A program made the translations under genes and the position numbers. A stretch of 64,000 bases of DNA, taken from NCBI GenBank assembly GCA_000004985.1, contig GG738872.1. The stretch is one strand, 5' to 3'. The notes below the pieces were generated by a model. It did not search any database and was not told the DNA's origin. It saw nothing but the letters and a program-made list of their open reading frames with translations. The stretch is from Naegleria gruberi (lineage: Eukaryota). Below, one piece after another: positions 21,569 to 34,026 of the stretch (positions are counted from its first letter, which is position 1; each line of letters starts with the position of its first letter).

Positions 21569-22057
21569 ATGTTCAAATCATCATCGTTGAAATGTTGTGT
21601 TTTATCCTCATCACACTTTGCAAAAAGACAACAACTTTTTAAAATAATTCAAAATCGAGTAGTATCACACGAAAACTTTTCTACGTCATGTCTGAATAGA
21701 AATGAAAAGGATGAACAACCACCATCATCATACTCGGAACAAATAACAAAATTAGTATTGGAAAAGTATCAAGAAATGATTAAAAGTGGAGATCCAAGAG
21801 CATTTGACCAAATAAAAGAAGAATTAGATAAGGAGGAAAACGAACAAAGTATTCAAACAATAATTAGAAATGTTAGAATGGGATTAATTTCAGAACCATC
21901 GGAGGAAATTAAACAAAAACAAGAGGAAAAATTGGATGAGAGACGTAAAAAACAATTTGAATTGAGAAAACAACAAGAAATTGAAAGGAGAAAGAATGCA
22001 GGAAAGGAAGAGCCAAAGAGAGGAGGAATTGAATATCGAGTTGTAGAAAGAAGTTAA
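21569..22057 (+). CDS. Hypothetical protein (162 aa) with an N-terminal presequence-like region and a K/E-rich coiled-coil C-terminus. Possibly mitochondrial
   Basis: First true ATG at 21569 in an A-rich context (the track start 21548 is TTG). MFKSSSLKCCVLSSSHFAKRQQLFK looks like an amphipathic targeting peptide. No family recognised. Confidence 0.4.
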   Translation: MFKSSSLKCCVLSSSHFAKRQQLFKIIQNRVVSHENFSTSCLNRNEKDEQPPSSYSEQITKLVLEKYQEMIKSGDPRAFDQIKEELDKEENEQSIQTIIRNVRMGLISEPSEEIKQKQEEKLDERRKKQFELRKQQEIERRKNAGKEEPKRGGIEYRVVERS

Positions 22058-22062
22058 TAAAT

Positions 22063-23289
22063 TTATTTTGGTGAAGGACTTCGTCTTGAGGGAAGAAGAG
22101 GATTGAGTTGGAAGTTATTACCTCCTTTTGGGGAACATGGACGAGCTCTCTTGAGTGGTGTGTACAATAGCTTTTGAGCTTCATTTCTATTGAATAAAAA
22201 TCCACTAGCTCCACTTGGTCTTTGATTTGATGATGCTGAGGAATTATTATTACTAGTTGAGTTGCCTAGAATACCATTTCTTTGGATATTGTTATGAGAT
22301 TGAGTAAGGGTAAATAATGGTGATCCTAAACATACATTTAGAGAAATGAAATCAATTTGAATACTTACTTGAAGGAACAGAGTTTGATTTACCCAACAAA
22401 TTGCTACCTATTGTTGTTCTATTTTCCTTACTATTGTTACTGTTGTTGGTAGGTGATTTGGACAATCTGAAATCCAAAACATTGGAAGGTCTTCCTGCAG
22501 AACTCTCCTTTCTGAACAATAAAGATACAGGTGGATTTTCTTGATTCTCTTTGAATGAAGGAGAAACTGAAGGATCTAAATCAACTGGAGAAGGTGCTCT
22601 TCCTGATGAATCCCGAGTTTGATCATATCTTCGTTTAAGGGAATTGTACAATTCTTGGAGTTTGTTTCTTTCTCTGACCTTTTCAGAGTACTTTTCTTGA
22701 ATGGTTTGAAATTCCCTCTTGGTAATTTCTTGTTGTTCCTCACTGTGTTGTAGCTTTTCGGCAATTGATTGATACTTTTGCTTGGTTTCATTCAGTTTAT
22801 CAGAGTAAGATCTTGATCATCAATTATATGTTGAAAGAGTTGAAATCATTTATACCTACTTTTCCATTTGTGATGCTTTGGATATTGTTTCCTTGTGAAG
22901 ATACTCTTGGTATTTAATTTCAACTTGTCGTTGGTTGTCCCAGAATTTTAAGGCTGATTGTGCAGCCTCAAGAACAACTTCAGGTGGGAATCCACAAAGG
23001 CACATCTAGATGAATTTAAATTATTCCTCAAATGATGAAGATGATTTAACTTACAGTTTTTTCTTCAATATTAGCCTTACTCAACTCCACTTGCCGAATG
23101 TCCCTTGAAGAAAGGGGTTTCTCGCAAGCAGGACAACTCATATCCTTTGAGAAATGTTTGATAGCATCATCCTTACCTTCATTAATCAAGGTTAAATCTT
23201 CATCAATGAAACAACTTACAAAATACATGATTACAACTGGTGATAAAGTAAACCTCCTCAACAGATTTCCAGCAAGCATTGCATTTCAT
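22063..23289 (-). CDS. HEI10/CCNB1IP1-like RING E3 ligase (meiotic crossover / cyclin B1-interacting protein family), five exons, with an apparent 1-nt frame break inside the RING exon
   Basis: Exon 1 MKCNACWKSVEEVYFITSCNHVFC...SCPACE, cf. human CCNB1IP1 LLCNYRKCRIKLSGYAWVTACSHIFC...ICPACN. Exon 2 MCLCGFPPEVVLEAAQSALKFWDNQRQVEIKYQEYLHKETISKASQMEK, cf. human MVLAGLRPEIVLDISSRALAFWTYQVHQERLYQEYNFSKAEGHLKQMEK. Exon 4 contains LYNSLKRRYDQ, cf. human LYDSLRLRN. Introns at 23006..23054, 22812..22859 and 22326..22368, all GT..AG and 43-49 nt. The RING exon needs a one-nucleotide correction near 23203..23215. Confidence 0.75.
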
Positions 23290-23687
23290 TTTTTTTGGCG
23301 GTTTTTAAAAATTGTTCAAACCATAACAAAGCGTTTTATTTGCTCACATTAATTACCTGGCCCTACTATTAACACCATTAATGTTTCGTAGCACTGGTCA
23401 GTGTTATCCAATAGAAGCAAACATACGAGAGAGTACAAGCTCTCTTCCAACTAAATACAAGCTTCTGGGAAAGTCTCTGGATACTACAGATTTACATCTG
23501 TGCAGGTAGAAAGTACCGACTCGAATGAGTGCACGCCAAGAGGAAACTCGGACTTTGGTCTCACTGGTTTCTATCAATTCTATATAGGCATGAAAACACA
23601 ATGTCATTGGCATTGAACCAAATAGAGCTTACTGACCTGTGTTACTTTTTCTATTATTTGGCCAAAGTGACAAAATTAAATGGAATG

Positions 23688-26600
23688 TTATTGAGATTCC
23701 ATTTTTGTGCAATTTCCATGTAATACACTTTCCCAGAACTTTCTTACTAGGTTCTTGTCCTCTGTTCTCTCACTGAAATAGTAACATCTGTACTTGAGAT
23801 TTTTCATATCTTGTGATTGACAAAGCTCTTCGTCCAGTTTCATATCTTCCTCATCACCAAATATACAACATAGTTTTTTTGACATGGCATTTGATTTCAA
23901 CCTGATAGTGGCTGGTTGATTGAACTCTCTTCTATCCATTCTTTCAACAAAGAGTACAATCTTGTCTGTATAAGTTAGAATTTCCTGAATGAATCTAGAA
24001 TAAACTCCATTCTCTCCAGTGATGAGTATTCTGCCAGATAACTCCAAACAAAGAACTACTACGTCACCCTTTTGTATAGGATAGCATGATGTCTTCTTTT
24101 CATTATTTACGTTTTGTTTCAGATTAATATCTTCTGGCTTTTTATCCTCCTCTTCCGAATCATTCTTCACAAGGACAATTGCATTTTCATCAAATTCATC
24201 ATCACTGCTCTCAAGGTTTTGAGTAAATGAGGCTGAAGTGTTGCTTATTGTACTAGTCTCTGTATCTGATTCACTGTCATCATTATTTTGAATTTCAAAT
24301 ATTCCCTTATCATTGGGTAATGGCAATAGTTGAGGAGCCTCTACTGATGTTCTGAAAATTTTCAATTTTTTAGCCCTTTCTTTCCTTCTACAATTGTAAA
24401 ATGTAAAAAACTAGCCAATAAGAATCGATTACTTACGATAAAGATTGAAGGGTTCCATAGCTCTGGGACTTTTTCATAGATGATTGATTGCTATCTGTGC
24501 TTCTTCTTCTTTTTGTTGGAGCATTCATTCCTGTCCAAAGATCTGTGATGGTCCTTCTGACTACAACATAATTGTTAACGGATTGAATTTTCTTTTCTGG
24601 TATAATATCTTTTCCATTCATGAATTGCTCTCTATTTCTCACACAAATTAGAATATTGTTGGTTTGTTTTTGATTCTTTTTGGCCTTCGACTCTAGATAT
24701 GACTTGGCAGAATAAAAGCTATTGACTGCAACTGATACTGTTTCTCTTTCGTTATCCAAACCAAAGAACCAAATATTTCTTTTTTGTTCATACTCCTGAA
24801 GATCCTTAATTTCAATCTTGACTTCAGAATTGGAAAAAAGTTTCATTACAGTATTAATAGAGGTCGACGAATCTTGTTTTGGATGTTGGACTGTAACCCG
24901 TTCTAAAGCCACATCAATGACCTCTCTAAAGAATTGAGAAAGTATAAGTTCTGTGGAAGCTGTTTGAGATTTTGTCATTCCTGATTTGTGTTGAACTATG
25001 AATGGTTTAGAGTTTGAGTAGAGGCTTGAAATTTCTATTTCAGCATCTTCTTTTCGTTTGATGGCATCATAAATATCGGTGCATTTATCAAGACCATGCA
25101 AAACAAAGAGTGTTGGAAAACCTTCCAAAAGCTTTAGCTTGTCCTTCAATCCTTTTTCCATCTTGTTACCAACAGTGGATAAAACTATTACCCCATCTAC
25201 ATTTGAGTGAGGTTCTATCGTTTGTTTTAATAACTCTTCATCTTCTTCATTCTTGAAAAAGTCTTCTGTTTCGGTACTAGTTTCTTTGAATTTATACATG
25301 CTGAAAGATCGGCAGCATACATCATCTCTTCTGAATAAAACATATCTATTTTCTTCATCCACTCGCTCAATATTATATCCTATCAATTTCACACAAGATT
25401 GAAACCATTGAATAAGATATCCTTTTTGACTTTCTGTGTGAGCAATAGTAGTTGAACCAATGAGGAATTTCATAAGATATTCCATCAAATTTCCTCCCAA
25501 GTACTGATCATTTTGTTCTATTTCAGAAATATCCAGCAACAGTAAAATGTTCAATCTTTCGTCCAACTTTCTTAAAAAAAGGAAGAAGAATAAAATACTT
25601 TCACGGAGTGTGTTTGTTGATTCGTCTTCATACATTTGAAGACCATGAAATTGGAGGGCATTTCTCGAACTTGCCTCACTAACCTTTTTCTTGTGGCCCT
25701 TCCTAATGGATATTTCTCTAATTTCATCATAATAAATATTGTTCGAAAGTTTGATAGCATCAATTGATGTGTTTTCGCATGGTCTATAATTTGGGAAAAA
25801 TCTGTAAGTAATTGGTTCCAATGTAAATGTAGAATAATCACTAAAAAGAAAGAGTGACTTGTTTACATTAGCTCCGAGAATAACATCCTTATTGTGAAAA
25901 TGCTCAATAAAATAGGCCTTACAGTGAAATGGTGATTGTTTCCTTTTTGTTGTCTTGTCTTGTTTTTCCTTATTTTTATCAGAAGATTCCTCATTCTCGT
26001 CAAACAGTTCCACTGAAGTTTGTGTTTTGGGTAAATTATTTCCATTGTATGAATTTCTTGCATTTCCAAAATATTTAGAGAATATAGTCTCTTGTTTGTC
26101 ATTTGTAGGAGGTGTAGTATTTGTAGAAGAGTTCATTTCTGAATCATACAACCCAACAACTAGAATAAAGTAGTCTGAATATGTATGAAAAGGAAATCGT
26201 CCCAAACAAAATGTGTTTGGTTCTATTTTGTACTTGATAATATTATTCCAATCAGGGAGACCTTCATTTGTTAGGTCAACCGTGTGACATGAGGAAAAGC
26301 AAAAGTGTCTATGACTTTTAAATTTCGAGTTTTGTGATTGTTTTTCAGTAGGTTGATTATAGAAATAGTAGGCAGGAGGGTAATCACATGGAGCACTAGT
26401 TTTGCTATTCAAAATAAGCGGGCTATTTTCCTTTTTCCAGTGAATGTGAAGACCTTTAACACCCCAATAAATTGGTTTATCGGTTTTGTTTTCCATACAG
26501 AATATTCCCCATTCTCTTTCCTTCTCAAAACTATTCAAAACAGAGGATGCTACCTTCTCTGGACCATTCTTGTTTTTGTTTTCGTTCCTTCCAGCTGAAA

Positions 26601-26820
26601 ACATGGAAGAGAAGAACCTGCTACTACTGCCTGTTCTTGTTGATGATGATGCAGTATTGTTGTCAACACCTTCTACTATTTCCTCCTCCTTCTCATCAAA
26701 TACAAAATTCGCATCAACATCCTCGCTCGATTTACTTTTCATGTGTTTTGTTTGTCTCTCGGAAGTAATATCAGACGTGTTGATCAACAAGTTTAAATTA
26801 TTGTTGTCTGAATTATCCAT
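23688..26820 (-). CDS. Large hypothetical protein (~1,030 aa), two exons (24437..26820, 23688..24387). Family not assigned
   Basis: Track ORFs 24433..26820 and 23688..24365 are joined in frame by a 49-nt GT..AG intron (24388..24436): ...LQSLS|RKERAKKLKIFRTSVEAPQ. True ATG at 26818-26820. N/S-rich low complexity. No confident homolog recognised. Confidence 0.5.
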
Positions 26821-27216
26821 ATTTACAAAAATATGATAGGTTAGTACTAGTTGTACACAATTTGATCCGATATATTAACTTGTATTTTCCTTCACGCAGT
26901 GGTCATACCTCCACACACAATAAACTATGATGAAGAAGAACAAGTTTGCTGGTGATGATTTCAACTAACAGTTGAGATAAGCGATTGTTGCTATTTTTTT
27001 ATGGTTTGTGAAGCTTCACATGACTTGCCAATAAGCCATTCAGAGTTTTATTCATAGAGCAATTGTTCTCATGTTTTTCAAAGCTAATAGTACGAATACA
27101 ACAATGAACCACATTAAAATCATCAAACAAGGAAAAAACTGTAAATTGCCAATTTTAATATTTTGAACGAAGGCAAAAAAGCGCTCCATTATTAAATAAA
27201 AATCAAATAGAAAAAA

Positions 27217-27972
27217 ATGAGTAGAATTGTTAAGGCTATCGGAGATGCTGTTTTATCGCCATCGATAAGCAAACCTCTTTATTCAACTCATTATCCAACA
27301 TCATTTCTTGAAAAAACCTTCATCACTGCTGGATCAACATTAATTTCAGCATTTTATCCATTGAGAACAGACATGGTTGGAGCTTTGGGAGAAACAACAG
27401 GAACACCAGCATTGGAATATGTTAGAAGCCAAATGGTTTTAACAAAGGAAGGAAATGAAATTCTTAAAGAAAGACCAAATATTGATGAAAGAGTAAATCC
27501 AAAATTTTGGGAATATATTAGCACACTTCCACCAGATACTTTCGGAGGAGCCTATTACAAGTTCATGTCAACTAATGGATTTGTTGCTAGTGAAAGACCT
27601 CCAGTTAGATTTATTGATGACGAAGAATTGGCCTTTATTATGTTCCGATACAGACAATGTCACGACTATTTCCATGTGTTGGCTGATTTACCACCATCTG
27701 TTTATGCTGAAATTATTGTGAAATGGATTGAATTTTTCCAAACTAGATTACCGATGACTTTATTGTCAGGTGCTGCTGCACCTCTCACTCAACTAACTTT
27801 TGAACAACAAAAAGAGTTAGCTACTGTATTTTTGCCATGGGCTTTGGATGCTGGAAGAAATTGCAAATTCTTGATGGGAGTTTATTTTGAAAAGTATCAT
27901 TTGGAAAAACCTGTAGAACAAGTTAGAAAGGAACTCAATTTTAGAATTGCTCCTAGAAGTAACCTTGTGTAA
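27217..27972 (+). CDS. COQ4: Ubiquinone biosynthesis protein COQ4
   Basis: Conserved COQ4 zinc-ligand motif HDxxH-x(n)-E (RYRQCHDYFHVLADLPPSVYAEIIVKWIE) and a C-terminal region collinear with human COQ4 ([21 protein letters not shown]...LIPWAVQNGRRA...YYERRWEQ). Confidence 0.85.
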   Translation: MSRIVKAIGDAVLSPSISKPLYSTHYPTSFLEKTFITAGSTLISAFYPLRTDMVGALGETTGTPALEYVRSQMVLTKEGNEILKERPNIDERVNPKFWEYISTLPPDTFGGAYYKFMSTNGFVASERPPVRFIDDEELAFIMFRYRQCHDYFHVLADLPPSVYAEIIVKWIEFFQTRLPMTLLSGAAAPLTQLTFEQQKELATVFLPWALDAGRNCKFLMGVYFEKYHLEKPVEQVRKELNFRIAPRSNLV

Positions 27973-28128
27973 AATTGAAAAAGTTTCTGTAAATTGTTTT
28001 CAGAACATGAATGATTGTTCATTTACAAAAAATCGGAATGTTGCATGAATTGACCAAATAAATGCTGATGTAATCACATTCAGAATGATGATTGGTCGAG
28101 TACACAATGGATTTCTCACAACAAAAAA

Positions 28129-30496
28129 ATGAAACTCTACATCCATGATGAAATCTCGGAAGATACCAGAGTCATTATCTATGATTCTGCAGCCTCCGAT
28201 TTTAATGCTCTTATCAACTTGATTCAAGAAGAGTTTGGTTTGAAAAACAAGGGTAAAAAGGTGGAACAAATACGTGATGAAAGGAATAAAACAATCACAA
28301 AGAAGGAACAATTAAAGGAAAAGATGGATCTTTACATTCAAATCTCTGAGCAACAAAAACAACAACCACAAACAGAGAAGGCAATAGAAAAGCCTAATAC
28401 CATTGCTACCAGTAGTAGCATCAATGCTAATAGTAATAATAGCACAAAGCCTTCAGAAGTTCCATCTGCTACTATGCAAAAAGAGTTGAATGCTCTTGCT
28501 GATAGTGCTGTTAAACATTTTCAGGCTAGAGAATATAGAGTAAGTTATTTTGTTCATGATGTGAATTTTAACATTGTTATCAGAAAGCTGTAAAGGCTTA
28601 CAAATTATTACAAGCATCAAATGTTGATTCCATGGGATGTATGTCAAATATTGCCACCGTTTACATTGCAGCTTCAAAGTTTGATAGAGCTCTCAAATAC
28701 CTATTGAAATGTCTTGAAATGGACAAGTATAATCAGAATATTTACAAATTACTTGGAAAGTGTTATTTTGGATTGAAGAATTACAAAGAGTCTCTTCAAA
28801 ACTTTTATCATCAAGTGACAATCTTGGAGAAATATCAAAAGGAGATTAAGGACGAAAGTAAATTGAAGGATATCACTGAATTGATTCAAGATGGATATGT
28901 GGATATGGCCAAGTGTTTAACACTTATAGGTGAGAAACAACAAGGTTTTTCCTTTATTGCCAGTGTTTTAAAGAAAAACGATGCTCATAAGGTTGCTTTA
29001 TTGGAATACGCCAAATATGTATTGTATGAGACAAAGGATGCTTCAGATAGTATTACGGCAACTTTGAGAATTCTTGTTGCTGATCAAAATAATGTTGATG
29101 CAAAGGATATTTTGTCTGAAATTGTTGAAACCTTTGGTGTTGAACCTCTCCTAAACCATATTTCTCAAGGTTCTGAAAAGTTAGATACTTCTGCTGCTCC
29201 TGGTCTTGCTTGGATGGCTCTCATTTTGAAAGAACATTCTTGTATTAATGAGGCTGTAGTACTCTACAAAACAGCTTTAAAGTTGGCTCCAAGTAACTTT
29301 GCTTATTTGCTTAATTTGGTTCACACTTTAGAAATTGATGTAAGATTCAAGGATGCACTCTGTGAAATCAAAGAATTCTGTAAGAATAACCCAACAGTTG
29401 CAAGTGGAACATTCACCACAAAAGTTTTACTTGAGGTTAGTAATTTTGCATTTAGTTTTCTAACATAGTTTAGTTCTTGGAAAAACTTGACCTTGATAGT
29501 TTATCCGATCCAATCCAAAATACTTGTGCATATTCTCAAAATTACTATGTTGGAGAGCATGCAGCTGAGTTTTCAAGAACAATGGACGCTGAACGACTTG
29601 AAGATGGTACAATATTCTACAGAAAAGGAGAGAAGTATGATGTAGATGAACTTATGAGAAGAATAGAAAAGCGAAAGTCAAAGGATGATAATTCTACACT
29701 TGATTTCTTGGCTATTGGATTCACAGTTGTCAAGATTTGTTATGTTAGTGGATTTTTAACATTTTTACCTGAATTAATTCAAGCATTAGAATTTGAGAGA
29801 ATGGGAAGAGATTTACATAGCACCCAAATTAGAAATGAGAATGCTTACTTTTGTACTATTAGTCAACTTTTATCTCAATTTATCTACAAAACCTTACCTA
29901 TTGAAAATGTAGATGTGGAGAAGAATCATATTTATCTTGTTGGTGAGTCTCACTCAATGACATCATCCTATCAAGCTATCAATTGGAGACAAAGTAGATA
30001 TGTCCTCCTTCCTAAACTTGTAACAGGATGTAAATGTTTCCACTTGAGAGACAATACCAAGTTTTACCCAAAGAGAAACTATTTCAGTGTTTTGAATTCA
30101 ATTCCAAAAGGATCAACTGTTATCTTTATGTTTGGTGAAATTGACTGCAGGGAAGGTATTTGGGTTTCTGTTGAAAGATTCAGATACAAGAATATTCAAG
30201 AAGGAATTGAAACAACAATTTCTTATTATATGAAGGAATTACTTAAGGTAAATAAGGAGTATGACTTGTTCATCCATCCTGCACCACCTGTATTAGACTT
30301 TACAAGAGAAACTGTAAAGTTATTTAACATTCACCTCAAGAAGGAATGTATCAAGAATGGACTCAGATATTTGGACTTTATGGATGAAATGTTAACTGAT
30401 AATGGTAAGAACCTTAAAAAAGAATTGGTATTAGATGGTACTCATTGCTCTCCAAATGTTACTAAATATTTAGAAAAGGAATTGAATAAATATTAA
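28129..30496 (+). CDS. TPR-repeat protein (~761 aa), three exons (28129..28539, 28584..29435, 29474..30496), with an N-terminal ubiquitin-like/PB1-like region
   Basis: Track ORFs 28129.., 28632.. and 29477.. join in frame through a 44-nt intron (28540..28583, gtaagt...atcag) and a 38-nt intron (29436..29473, gttagt...tttag). The middle exon shows TPR-like helical repeats (KAVKAYKLLQASNVDSMGCMSNIATVYIAASKFDRALKYLLKCLEMD...). C-terminal third unassigned. Confidence 0.6.
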
Positions 30497-30510
30497 TCAA
30501 TTGAAATGAT

Positions 30511-33500
30511 TTAATTAAGTTGTGTGCCTACTTGATTTTGGTCTGCTTCGATTTCATTCACGAAATATTTGAATGGTGGTTCATAAGCTCTATTCATTCT
30601 TTCAATAACTTCTTGAGAATTTGGACCTTCTACTTTGAATGATGACATAACGTTGCTACTAGTTCCGTAATAAATAGCCTCAGATTTACCAAACTCTTGG
30701 TATTCTTCTGCCTCTTTTTCCTCTTCTCTTGAGATAATTCTATCTCTATTGGTTTTTGAAATGAACAGGTTCTTGATTGGTTTGAAAATTCTTTGTTTGA
30801 TGAAAGTCTTGGCAGTAGTATTCTTTGTAAAGTACATAAACCATACACCCATAATTCCCATAAATGCCAATCCACTAAATACAGTGTGCATTATAAACCA
30901 TGCATTAGCTTTGATTCTAATACCAAAGAATAAGGTCATACTTCCATGATAAATTGCCATGATTGACATTACAAGGGAACAAATAAGAGTAACAAGTTTT
31001 CTGTGAGATTTGAAATTACTAGTTAGCACTCCCTTACAAGCTCCTTCTGAAACATGTCCATAGATATACATAATAACGTATCTATCAACAAGATGTTTGA
31101 AAATCATGTAAAATAAGCAACACAATAGAATCAATGGTGAAAACAAAGAGTTTGTGATACAAATGGCTAGAATGGTTAACATGTATGAATACTCATATTC
31201 AAAGTAAAAAAGAGATAATTCACAAGCTTTCAACTTTTCCAATGGACTTGTCTTTGGAAGACTCTTAGTTCCCCACAAGTAATAGATCAAGTTGTAAATT
31301 CTTAAAATATCTTCACAGTTTTTGAGAATTGCTGTTTGTAAAACAAAGTTAAAAAAGTAAGAACCAGCACCTGGTAAAAACATATTACTCAACATTTGTG
31401 AAATATTGCCCTGTTGTTGAATCAAGTTAATGAAGGCATCGAAACTGGTAAGAGATAACATTGGCATAATTAATGTTGATAGTACGAGATACATGAACAA
31501 TCTAGCAATAATCTTTCTCATATATCTGGATTTGGATCTGAATTTGGAAAAATCTTGAGCATACCAAACACCATACGGAAGGAAAATAGAGAACAAGTGA
31601 AGGGCTAAAGTTGGAGCATATTGGAAAACAATTGAACCAAATTCACCAGCACTTTCTAATGGAATTGTTAATAAAATAAATAAATGAATAACAACGTACC
31701 CTTAATTCTAAACAATGAGATGTGAACTATTGGAATTCTTGTAAGTGATTCAAGAGATGAGAACAAAGCCATAGGAGTTGTCAAGAAAACAAATATTAAA
31801 ATGACAATGAATTGCATCAAAATATTTCTAAATGAATCGAAAAAGCCAGTATATGTTAACATATTTTCCCAGTTGATATCATCAGGTTCATATGCCTGCT
31901 TGATTTGGAATGTAATATTTCTAACAGTTGAGACAGATAAAACATCTCCTTCACTTTGAATATCACTTAATGTGGAAACTTTGATTGGCATTTTGATGTC
32001 ACCTCTCTTGTAGTACATATCCAAACATTGTTCTGCATCTTTGGCTGCTTCAAAAACAATAAATCCATATCTTAAACATGGAATGATATCATGTTCAGCT
32101 CCATACTCATCTTTCTTTACACTAGCATAAATTTTATCCCAGTGTTGCATATCAAGTCTTAACTCTCGTTTTCTTTCTTTCAACTGACCGATTTTGCTTG
32201 TGTGATCTCTGTAAACACGTCTCCAAAAAGCGTGCTTTTCTTTGAGATGAATTTCTTGCAGAAACTCATAATGTTCAAGTTGATCACAAATGGATTGGTA
32301 ATCATTTTGCATTTGAATTCTATCATAAACATCATAGATAAGAACAGCTTTGTGTACTTTCAATCCTGGACACAATTCTTCCTTCACCATTTTTTCAAAT
32401 TGAGGTTCACTCTTGAAATCACTTGGAATATTCTGAACTAGAACACTTCTAGAACTGAGTAGAATACTTTCTTGTTTTTCAGTTTTGGCTTTTCCATAAT
32501 TTTCTTTAGAGACAATATCGTGTCTTGAAAACTTAAATAAGAACAAGCCAAATATGAATGAAACACCAAATGAGAGAAATACGTGGACCAAGAGCAGGAA
32601 TGGACTATCTAAGACCATTGAAATTGTAGTTCTCAAGAGAGGATAATCACTAGGAGCAACTGTATATCCGTTAAAGTCAAACTTCATGTCATTAATATCT
32701 GTGCTTTGTGTCATGTGAAGAGGAAGGAGAACAATAGAACACAACAGAGCAATTAAAAACATGGCGGAAATGAATTCTTTTTGAAAGAGCAAATAAACAG
32801 CAACATCTCTTGAATATCTGTTTAAAAGTCTTTCCATATCTTCATGATTATGTGTCTTTGAAACAAAAGAAAGCAAAACATCAATTGCAAAGTTTGTAAA
32901 TTCGACAAGGAATTCATACTTTTCCTTGGCAAAGGCAATAAACTTTTCTTTGAATGTTCCTAATTTTGCTACAGTTTGTTGATAAGGAATATATGGAATA
33001 GCCATTGATATTTTCCTTGTTGGAGATCTAGAAAATATATTTTCTGATCTTTGATATGTTGATTGACTGCTTTGAGTATTTGTAATATTTGATTCTTGAT
33101 CTATATCATCATCTTCACTTTCTGAGTCTTCATCTTTCAAATCCAATAAATTAATAAATTTTGAATCTAATCTGACTCTATTAATGATTGAGGAATTTTC
33201 TAAAAAGTCCTCGTCAACTGTTGGATAAATATCACCACCCTTATCCTTATAGTTAATATAATTATTTCTAGATCTGATGTTTTCCTTTACATTTTTCAAT
33301 AATTTCTTCTTTTCTTTCAAATTAAAAAGTGGTAAGAAAGGTCTGAAAAGGAAGAATATAATCAAGAATATTAATCCAATAGACAAGTTTGTTACAATTG
33401 TAAAAGTTACACCGCCTTGCGACATATCAATCACAATAGTTCCATTATTTACATTAGAATCATTTGGCTTATCATCAATTGATTTGTTTGTTTCCAATGT

Positions 33501-33818
33501 TCTAGTCAAATCAATTACATAATCATTTACTCTATCATCAAATGATGAAATATCTACAAAATAATTCCTTCTCGAATTCATACTAAATTGTATCGGTGGC
33601 GTTGTTATTCTGCTACTAATTGTATTATCAAGCCTATCATTATTATTATTACTATTATAACTATCACTCATCACACCACAGTATCCTCCACCTACAAAAA
33701 TCATTAAAATAATCAGGAGGAACCCTAGCCTGCAACGAGCAGCAGCACCACTACTCTGCACATTCCTTCTCCGAGAAGTAGAATCATCACCGATGGAGGG
33801 AATTGCTAACAGAGACAT
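30511..33818 (-). CDS. OSCA/TMEM63/CSC1-family mechanosensitive cation channel (~1,088 aa), two exons (31700..33818, 30511..31655), with a long N/S-rich N-terminal extension
   Basis: Cytosolic RRM-like domain between TM helices (KVHKAVLIYDVYDRIQMQ...YGFIVFEAAKDAEQCL) followed by the multi-pass 7TM region (FLPGAGSYFFNFVLQTA...). A 44-nt GT..AG intron (31656..31699) joins the two track ORFs in frame (...SLFRIK|ESAGEFGSIVFQYAP...). Confidence 0.75.
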
Positions 33819-34026
33819 TTTTTTACTTGGTGTTGATCGGAGTGAGAATTGAAGCTTGTTACATCAATGTTCTTCTTCTCCTGAGGAGAATCAAAGAAAA
33901 ACAGATTTCATTTGCAGTTTAATAGGAGGAAACAGAGGTTAGATTAGAGGGAGTTTCCCAATAGTTGGATTTATTCTTTGATGAGAGGAATTATGATGGT
34001 TTTGGATAGCATAACTGATTTCAAGT

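Noticed and set aside
23400-23660. About 260-bp non-coding stretch with higher GC between the HEI10-like gene start and the large gene's stop, containing two short spurious track ORFs (23404..23613 -, 23529..23723 +)
   Set aside because: I found no convincing match to U1, U2 or U6 snRNA or SRP RNA consensus elements. It is most simply overlapping UTRs of the two flanking genes. The short ORFs have no coding-like features.
1487-26836. Numerous 60-160-aa track ORFs nested inside or antisense to large genes (for example 1487..1759, 2323..2724, 3046..3528, 8120..8329, 16736..17152, 25572..25841, 26338..26836, 51084..51485, 54576..54983)
   Set aside because: They overlap confidently identified conserved genes on the other strand or in another frame. 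They have hydrophobic or low-complexity composition typical of antisense and out-of-frame reads of AT-rich coding DNA. None has motif support.
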